From the NCBI RefSeq assembly GCF_022985615.1, contig NZ_CP094965.1, forward strand, positions 90,001 to 122,000: a DNA stretch of 32,000 nt. Reading direction: 5' to 3'. Made by a program: the position numbers and the translations under genes. Positions 25,878 through 32,000 of this stretch are shown here, piece by piece (positions within the stretch are counted from its first letter, which is position 1; every line of letters begins with the position of its first letter). A model generated the notes under the pieces. It saw nothing but the letters and a program-made list of their open reading frames with translations. It ran no database searches and was not told the origin of the DNA. Origin of the DNA: Candidatus Karelsulcia muelleri (GTDB lineage Bacteria; Bacteroidota; Bacteroidia; Flavobacteriales; Blattabacteriaceae).

Positions 25878-27202
25878 CTTTAAAGGAAAAAATTTGGTTT
25901 TTCTTAAAAAACTTAAAAAACAAAAGCCCTAATAAATATATTGAAAGTCTTATTAATAAGTCAATTGGTTTTTTTTATAAAATCGGTTTTACCGAATTAA
26001 AGAAAACTTGTTTTAAGTCTGTTTTAAATTACGACTTTGATCTCCCCAATGGAAATAACGATATAGAATATTCTATTTTAAAAAAATTATCATTTAATAA
26101 TAAATTTATTTCACTTTATTTTATAAATGGGTTTTTTAAATCCAGCTTATCTAATTTATGGAAATTAAAAAAATATATTAAATTTTCTTCCTTAAAGAAT
26201 TGTTTATTCCACAAACTACCAACAATTCTACCAACAATTACTAAATATTTTTGTAATACTCTTTTTTCTAAAGATCATTTTTTTTTTCATAACTCTTTCA
26301 TTGCTATAAATATTTCTTTAACAACTGATGGAATATTTATAAAAATTCCAAAAAATACTAATTTAAAGATTCCAATAGAAATAATAAATATTTATTACCC
26401 TAAAAAATCTAGTATAATTAATTTGAAGAATATTATTGTAGTTGGAAAAAATTCTAAGTTAAAAATTATTGAAAGACATATTTCAACAAGCAAAACAACA
26501 AGCAAAAAAAGCAAAAATTACATTTTTAGCAATGTTTTTACAGAAATTTTTTCAAAAGATCAAAGCCAGGTAGAAGTTTTTAAGTTAGAAAATGATTTAC
26601 GAAAAACTTATTTAATAGATAATACTTTTATTAAGCAAAGTTCGAATAGTGTATGTAAAGTATTTACTTTTTCATCAAATATAAGAAATATTATTAATAA
26701 TATTAATTGTTTGAAAGTTGGAACAGATACTCAATCATTTTTTAATGGCCTTTCTTTTTTTAAGAAAAGTAATAACATAAGTAAAATATATAATAAGATC
26801 TTTATTAAACATTTATTTTCTAATTCTGTGAGTTACCAAAATTATAAAGGTATTTTTAGCAAAAATTCTTATGGAATTTTTAAAAGTAAAATTAAAATTA
26901 ATGAGAATTTATATAATATTAAGTCCAAACAAATAAATAGCAATTTATTATTATCTAATTCTTCTAAAGTTTTCTCTCGACCAGAATTTAAAACTGCATC
27001 AAGTAAAGTAAAATGTTCACATGGTACAAATATAGGAAAACTCGATAAAAAAACTATATTTTTTTTTCGTACTAGAGGAATAGAAAAAAAACAATCTATA
27101 AAATTGGCTATTTTAATTTTTGCAAACGAGCTAATCAAATTAGTAAATTTAAATATTTTAAAAACTCAAATTAGAAATTACTTGAAAAAGAATATTAATT
27201 AG
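25874..27202 (+). CDS. sufD: Fe-S cluster assembly protein SufD
   Basis: 442 aa. Positioned between sufC and sufS. The C-terminal half (SRPEFKTASSKVKCSHGTNIGKLDKKTIFFFRTRGI) fits the SufBD beta-helix family. The N-terminus is divergent. Confidence 0.8.
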   Translation: MTLKEKIWFFLKNLKNKSPNKYIESLINKSIGFFYKIGFTELKKTCFKSVLNYDFDLPNGNNDIEYSILKKLSFNNKFISLYFINGFFKSSLSNLWKLKKYIKFSSLKNCLFHKLPTILPTITKYFCNTLFSKDHFFFHNSFIAINISLTTDGIFIKIPKNTNLKIPIEIINIYYPKKSSIINLKNIIVVGKNSKLKIIERHISTSKTTSKKSKNYIFSNVFTEIFSKDQSQVEVFKLENDLRKTYLIDNTFIKQSSNSVCKVFTFSSNIRNIINNINCLKVGTDTQSFFNGLSFFKKSNNISKIYNKIFIKHLFSNSVSYQNYKGIFSKNSYGIFKSKIKINENLYNIKSKQINSNLLLSNSSKVFSRPEFKTASSKVKCSHGTNIGKLDKKTIFFFRTRGIEKKQSIKLAILIFANELIKLVNLNILKTQIRNYLKKNIN

Positions 27203-27220
27203 TTTTAAACTTTAATTTTA

Positions 27221-28429
27221 ATGTTTTCTTATGAAGAAATAAAAACAATTCGTAAGCAATTTACAATTTTTAAAAAAAAAAATATAATATATTTTGATAA
27301 TGCAGCAACTACTCAAAAACCTTTTAAAGTAATAAAGGCAATAAAAAAGTATTATTGTAATTTTAATTCTAATGTCAACCGAAGTTTTCATTTTTTAGGC
27401 CAATTTTCGAGTAATTGTTTAGAATTAAGTAGAAATAATGTTCAATCTTTTATTAATGCTAAATATAGAGAAGAAATAATATTCACTAGTGGAGCCACTG
27501 AAAGTATAAATTTAATAGCATTTTGTATTTATAAATTCATTAAAACTTCAGATAATATTATTATATCACATTCTGAACATCATTCAAATATAACTCCTTG
27601 GCAAGTTTTAAGCCAAAAGAAGAAGGCCAATTTAAAAGTAATTCCAGTTAATTCAGAAGGCGAATTAAATCTTAGAATTTTTAAGAAATTAATTACAAAA
27701 AAAACAAAATTGATTTCTATTAGTCATGTTACTAATACATTTGGAATTATTAATCCTATTAAAAGACTGATTAAAACTGCTCATAAGTATAATTCTTTAG
27801 TTTTAATTGATGGTTCACAAGCAATATCCCATATAACTATTGATGTGCAAAATTTAGATTGTGATTTTTATGTATTTTCCAGCCATAAAATGTATGGACC
27901 AACTGGTTTAGGGATTTTATATGGTAAAAAAAAAATCCTTGATAAGTTTCCTCCTTATAAATGTGGTGGGGGAATGATTGAAAAAGTAACTTTAAAAAAA
28001 ACTATATTTTATGGTCTTCCTTTTAAGCTAGAAGCTGGGACACCAAACATTGCTGGAATAATTGGAACTAATAAAGCTTTAAATTTTATTGTAAATTATT
28101 CTATTCGAAAAATAAATACTTATGAAACAAAACTACTTAAATATGCTATTAAAATTTTAAGTAATATAAAGGGAATTAAAATTTATTACAAGAATTCTAA
28201 GCTTACAAAGATTTTATCTTTTAATATAGAAAATATACATTCATTTGATTTGGGAAAATTATTAAATAATCATGGGATAGCTGTTAGAACTGGAAAACAT
28301 TGTGCTCAACCAATCATGAATTACTTAAAAATTAATGGAACTATTCGTATAAGTTTCGCAATATATAATACTATTGAAGAAATTGATATATTTTATAATT
28401 CTTTAATTAAATGTTTATATTTTTTTTAA
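27221..28429 (+). CDS. sufS: Cysteine desulfurase SufS
   Basis: 402 aa. YFDNAATTQKP, PLP-lysine region SSHKMYGPTG, and active-site RTGKHCAQP. Confidence 0.95.
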   Translation: MFSYEEIKTIRKQFTIFKKKNIIYFDNAATTQKPFKVIKAIKKYYCNFNSNVNRSFHFLGQFSSNCLELSRNNVQSFINAKYREEIIFTSGATESINLIAFCIYKFIKTSDNIIISHSEHHSNITPWQVLSQKKKANLKVIPVNSEGELNLRIFKKLITKKTKLISISHVTNTFGIINPIKRLIKTAHKYNSLVLIDGSQAISHITIDVQNLDCDFYVFSSHKMYGPTGLGILYGKKKILDKFPPYKCGGGMIEKVTLKKTIFYGLPFKLEAGTPNIAGIIGTNKALNFIVNYSIRKINTYETKLLKYAIKILSNIKGIKIYYKNSKLTKILSFNIENIHSFDLGKLLNNHGIAVRTGKHCAQPIMNYLKINGTIRISFAIYNTIEEIDIFYNSLIKCLYFF

Positions 28430-28506
28430 GACTACTTAATAATATTATATAATTATATATATTATATTATATAATATAATATAATATAATTATTTATTAA
28501 TTAAAA

Positions 28507-30234
28507 ATGAAAAAAAAAATAAGAATATTTAATTTAATAACTATAAAAGAGTTAGCATCATTAACTAATGTACGAAAAGAGGAAATAATAAAGATTTGTA
28601 GTTCATTAGGAATTAAAGTATCTTTTTATCAACGATTAGATTATGAATTATTGACTTTAGTAGCTTCAGATTTGGGATATGAAGTTGAATTGATAGATAA
28701 ACAAATAATAAAACGCAATAACAAGAAAGTAAGTCTATCAAGAGATCCAGTTATTATTCTTCTAGGTCACGTTGATCATGGAAAAACTTCTTTATTAGAT
28801 TACATAAAAAGAAGCCAAGTAAATTATGAAGAATATGGTGGGATTACTCAAAACATAGGAGTATATAAAGTAAATATTAATAAAAATAATAGTTTAACTT
28901 TTATAGATACTCCAGGACATGAAGCCTTTATGGCGATGAGATATAGGGGCACTCAAATAACTGATATTGCGGTAGTAGTAATAGCAACTGATGAAGACAT
29001 TATGCAACATACTAATGAAGCAATAAATAATGCAAAATCTGTTGGCATACCTATTATATTTGCTTTTAATAAAATAGATAAAAAAAATTCAGATATAGAT
29101 AAAATAAGGAGAAAACTAGCAGAAATAAATATTTTAGTTGAAGAATGGGGTGGGGCTTATCAATCACAAGAGATATCTGCAAAATATGGAATTGGAATAG
29201 ATAAACTAATAGAAAAAATAATTTTAGAAGCTGAATTATTAGATTTAAAATACTCTCCAGAGAATTTTGCGGTAGGTTCGATAATAGAATCCTCTTTAAA
29301 TAAAGAAAATGGATATACAGCTACAATAATTATTAAAGATGGGATTCTAACTTTAGGAGATTATATCTTAGTTGGAGAAATTTTTGGTAAAGTAATTAAA
29401 ATACTAGATGAAAGAGGTAATCAGCTTAAATATGTTCGACCTTCAAGACCAGTATTAATTTTAGGTCTTAATGGTACCCCAGCAGCAGGAGATATATTTC
29501 ATTCCTATAAGACTGAAAAAGAATTTCAAAAAATATTTAATTATAAAAATCTTTTAAAAAAAGAGCAAGAATTAAGATTCGAAAGTCATGAAAGTCATAC
29601 CTCAGAAAAACTAAACATAATAATTAAGGCAGATTTAAACGGATCTCTAGAAGCTCTTACTGAATCTTTAGAAAAAATTAATATAAATAATAAAAAAATC
29701 AATTTAATTTATAAAAGCATAGGAAATATTAATGAATCTGATGTTTTACTAGCAGATACGTACAAAGCTATGATAGTTGGTTTTAAAGTTAAAATTTCTT
29801 CAGCAGCCCAAAAATTAGCTAATAATAATAAGATACTTATTAAAGTATATAATTTAATATATAAAATGGAGAAAAATATAAAGGATTTTTTGAGCAATAA
29901 TTCCAAGAGAGAAGAGTTAATTTACGGTAGAGCAAAAATACAAAATTTTTTTACTATACGAAAAATTGGTATAGTAGCAGGTTGTATAGTTTTAGAAGGG
30001 AAAATGGTAAGAAATTCCACAATAAAATTAAAAAGAGATAATAAAATTCTTTATGTGGGGAAATTAAATTCTTTGAAAACTTTTAAAAAAGATGTCAATG
30101 TAGTAAAAAAAGGTTCTGAATGTGGAATAAATATTAAAAATTTTAATAATATAAAAATAGGAGATATTATAGAATCATATAAGGATTTAGGAGGGAGTTG
30201 GAGAATGGGAGGAGAATCTAAGGTAATTTATTGA
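28507..30234 (+). CDS. infB: Translation initiation factor IF-2 (short N-terminus)
   Basis: 575 aa. G domain GHVDHGKTSLLD, DTPGHEAF and NKID. C-terminal beta-barrel domains are present. Confidence 0.95.
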   Translation: MKKKIRIFNLITIKELASLTNVRKEEIIKICSSLGIKVSFYQRLDYELLTLVASDLGYEVELIDKQIIKRNNKKVSLSRDPVIILLGHVDHGKTSLLDYIKRSQVNYEEYGGITQNIGVYKVNINKNNSLTFIDTPGHEAFMAMRYRGTQITDIAVVVIATDEDIMQHTNEAINNAKSVGIPIIFAFNKIDKKNSDIDKIRRKLAEINILVEEWGGAYQSQEISAKYGIGIDKLIEKIILEAELLDLKYSPENFAVGSIIESSLNKENGYTATIIIKDGILTLGDYILVGEIFGKVIKILDERGNQLKYVRPSRPVLILGLNGTPAAGDIFHSYKTEKEFQKIFNYKNLLKKEQELRFESHESHTSEKLNIIIKADLNGSLEALTESLEKININNKKINLIYKSIGNINESDVLLADTYKAMIVGFKVKISSAAQKLANNNKILIKVYNLIYKMEKNIKDFLSNNSKREELIYGRAKIQNFFTIRKIGIVAGCIVLEGKMVRNSTIKLKRDNKILYVGKLNSLKTFKKDVNVVKKGSECGINIKNFNNIKIGDIIESYKDLGGSWRMGGESKVIY

Positions 30235-30442
30235 TATAAATCTGTATTTTTCTTTTTAATCTATTGGCTTTATTTTTATGTATAATTTTTTTTTTTGCTA
30301 ATTTATCTATTAAGGATGAAGTTAAACTAAATTTTAGTTGTGCTATTTTTTTATCTTTTACTGATTTATTCTTTTTAATTGCAGTTTTTGTGGATTTAAA
30401 AAAATATTTGTTGATTTTGGGAATTTTTTTATGTGAACCCAT
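30218..30442 (-). CDS. rpsT: 30S ribosomal protein S20
   Basis: 74 aa. The C-terminal KKIIHKNKANRLKRKIQIYINKL matches the S20 pattern GLIHKNKAAR.K..L...I.KL. Convergently overlaps infB by 17 nt. Confidence 0.8.
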   Translation of the reverse strand: MGSHKKIPKINKYFFKSTKTAIKKNKSVKDKKIAQLKFSLTSSLIDKLAKKKIIHKNKANRLKRKIQIYINKLP

Positions 30443-30459
30443 TCTTTCTTATTTTAAGA

Positions 30460-30531
30460 TAGCCCATAGGGGAATTGAACCCCTCTTTTCAGAATGAAAA
30501 TCTGATGTCCTAACCAATAGACGAATGGGCC
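30460..30531 (-). tRNA. tRNA-Glu (anticodon TTC)
   Basis: The reverse complement reads GGCCCAT TC GTCTATTGGTTAGGAC A TCAGA ttTTCat TCTGA AAAG AGGGG-ttcaatt-CCCCT ATGGGCT A. TTCGTCTA..AGGAC is Glu-like. The 1-72 pair is G-U. Confidence 0.85.
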
Positions 30532-30537
30532 CTTTTT

Positions 30538-30816
30538 TTAAATCTTTTTAACTCCATTTAAGAAATGTTTTTTGTAAAACACTCCTTTTTTATATAAAAA
30601 AGATTTAACAGTATTAGTAGGTTGTGCACCTTTTTCTAACCAATATATAGCTTTCTCTACATTTACTTCAACAATATATGGATTTTGAACGGGATTGTAA
30701 ATTCCGATTTTTTCAATGAATTTTCCATCTCTAGGAGAATTGGAATTAGCTATTACAATTGAATAAAAAGGTTGTTTTTTTTTTCCTTTTCTTTGTAGAC
30801 GGATTCTAAGAGACAT
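30538..30816 (-). CDS. rpsP: 30S ribosomal protein S16
   Basis: 92 aa. MSLRIRLQRKGKKKQPFYSIVIANSNSPRDGKFIEKIGIYNP is the canonical S16 N-terminus. Confidence 0.95.
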   Translation of the reverse strand: MSLRIRLQRKGKKKQPFYSIVIANSNSPRDGKFIEKIGIYNPVQNPYIVEVNVEKAIYWLEKGAQPTNTVKSFLYKKGVFYKKHFLNGVKKI

Positions 30817-30895
30817 AAATTGAATTGAGTAAATAAAGTATATATAACAAAATATACTTATATTGTAAAAAAAAACCTTTATATTTAATGTTAAA

Positions 30896-30966
30896 AGATT
30901 CGTAGTGTAATGGTAGCACAGCAGATTTTGGTTCTGTTAGTTAGGGTTCAAATCCCTGCGAATCTG
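30896..30966 (+). tRNA. tRNA-Gln (anticodon TTG)
   Basis: Acceptor agattcg/cgaatct, D stem gtgt/gcac, anticodon stem gcaga/tctgt with loop ttTTGgt, T arm taggg-ttcaaat-ccctg, discriminator G. Confidence 0.85.
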
Positions 30967-31223
30967 AAGAATCGAATATGAAGTAAAGAATGTAAAGAAT
31001 CATCTTCTAGAATCTGTATCTTCTAGAATCTAAATCTAAAACCCGTCAAAGAAGAAATAGCAAAAAGATCGAGATTATTAATCTATATAAAGATAAACAA
31101 TTTCATGTTTATCATAGAGGAATTTTAATTGATAAAACGATTTATTAGAAAGGGAGAGTCTTTAAAAGAAAGACTAATGACTGTAATAGCAATAATTAAT
31201 AATTATAATTAATAAAATTATAA

Positions 31224-31694
31224 TTAATAATTATTTTTAGCAGAATTTATTATTTTTTCTTTACTCGGGTACCAAAGTTTAATTAAGTTTTTGGCATAAG
31301 GAGCTGGAGTATCTTCTAAAGTAATTCTTTTGATTGGAGCATCTAAGTAATCAAAAGCATATTTTTGTACTAAATAAGTAATTTCAGATGAAATAGAACA
31401 AAATGGCCAAGCTTCTTCTAGAATAATTAATCTATTAGTATTGTTTTAATGATTACATCATTAATAGCTGATTTTAAAAGCCCTTTAGCATCATATGCAT
31501 TAGATGGAACTACTACTTTTAATCCAGGACAATGAGCATACAAATTCTCTAAAGATTGTGAATGTGTAGCACCCAATTGACCAGCAAATCCTGTAGGGCA
31601 TCGAAATACTATTGGTAGTTGACCTCCACTCATTTGTCGGATTTTAGCAGCATTATTTATTATTTGATCTATAGCTACTAATGAAAAAAGTCAT
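31224..31694 (-). pseudogene. pdhB: Decayed pyruvate/2-oxoacid dehydrogenase E1 beta subunit
   Basis: Three remnants on three reading frames. (1) MTF at the ATG at 31694. (2) [78 protein letters not shown] down to 31427. (3) IILEEAWPFCSISSEITYLVQKYAFDYLDAPIKRITLEDTPAPYAKNLIKLWYPS...* at 31445-31224. The N-terminal part of about 100 aa and a central part of about 100 aa from the E1-beta architecture are absent. Confidence 0.8.
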
Positions 31695-31720
31695 AAATTA
31701 ATTTTTTTTATCTTTGACTT

Positions 31721-32000
31721 TTAATATAAGAAAGAAATTAATTTTCGAAATTTAGAGGTATGTCTTAGTCTTTTTAAAGTATGGATTTCGATTTGTCTAC
31801 ATCTTTCACGAGTTAATTTTAAGATTTTAGCTATTTCTTCTAATGAATGAGGGTAACATCCTAGACCAAAATGAAGTTTAATAATTTTAGCTTCTCTCTC
31901 GGGTAGAGTTTTTAAAACGGATTGGATTTCTTCTTTAAGGGAATCCAATTCTAATTTTTCTTCTGCATTTTCACAATTTTTATTTGTTAAAATTTCATAC
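31721..32000 (-). CDS. rpoD: RNA polymerase sigma-70 factor, C-terminal region 4 (5' end off-window)
   Basis: LPEREAKIIKLHFGL...SLEEIAKILKLTRERCRQIEIHTLKRLRH is sigma region 4.1-4.2. The frame stays open upstream to the window end (my translation: YEILTNKNCENAEEKLELDSLKEE). Confidence 0.9.
   Translation of the reverse strand, partial: YEILTNKNCENAEEKLELDSLKEEIQSVLKTLPEREAKIIKLHFGLGCYPHSLEEIAKILKLTRERCRQIEIHTLKRLRHTSKFRKLISFLY

Noticed and set aside
30186-30222. G-rich island taggagggagttggagaatgggaggagaatc at the infB/rpsT convergent overlap (SD-like GGAGG twice).
   Set aside because: It lies inside the infB C-terminal tail (LGGSWRMGGES) with no downstream start codon in range. No hairpin is evident. 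It is most simply an unusual coding tail, and I cannot support a regulatory call from sequence alone.
31008-31200. Open frame without an ATG reading ...KTRQRRNSKKIEIINLYKDKQFHVYHRGILIDKTIY* (about 31011-31148), plus a 7-bp hairpin agtcttt/aaagact at 31157-31175.
   Set aside because: It is protein-like in composition, but I recognise no family, there is no start codon, and the hairpin lacks a T-run on either strand. It is possibly another gene relic, but this is unsupported.

Overview
Very AT-rich, tightly packed window. Its gene content and protein signatures fit a genome-reduced Flavobacteriales insect nutritional endosymbiont (Sulcia-like): Bacteroidetes-type GroEL/GroES, an L28-L33 pair, a DUF3127 SSB-like protein, leuABCD and sufBCDS. 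This taxonomic placement is inference from protein motifs only. I can support 28 housekeeping CDS (two run off the window ends), 6 tRNAs and 3 gene relics: pdhB, a SpoU-type methyltransferase tail, and a prfB leader. There are no mobile elements, CRISPR arrays or defence genes. The unusual feature is pervasive tandem-repeat activity at every scale in a genome that should be under deletion bias. (1) Several spacers are swollen by near-perfect micro- and minisatellite arrays, including a 2.2-kb gene-free block (16.4-18.7 kb) made of at least 8 different arrays. (2) Many repeat units carry perfect palindromic cores (GGTACC, CTTAAG, AGCTAGCT, CTATCATATGATAG, and an 18-nt CTTAATATTAATATTAAG). (3) Some arrays look seeded from nearby functional sequence: the ssb-like stop region, the tRNA-Phe 3' end, and a 19-nt leuA fragment. 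(4) Short perfect duplications straddle gene starts and stops. (5) Essential genes carry perfect in-frame duplications whose lengths are always multiples of 3. Other notable items are a tRNA-Leu(GAG) that has lost its long variable arm, an N-terminally truncated RF2 with SPY in place of SPF plus a relic of its frameshift leader, and a decayed PDH E1-beta gene alongside an intact lpdA.
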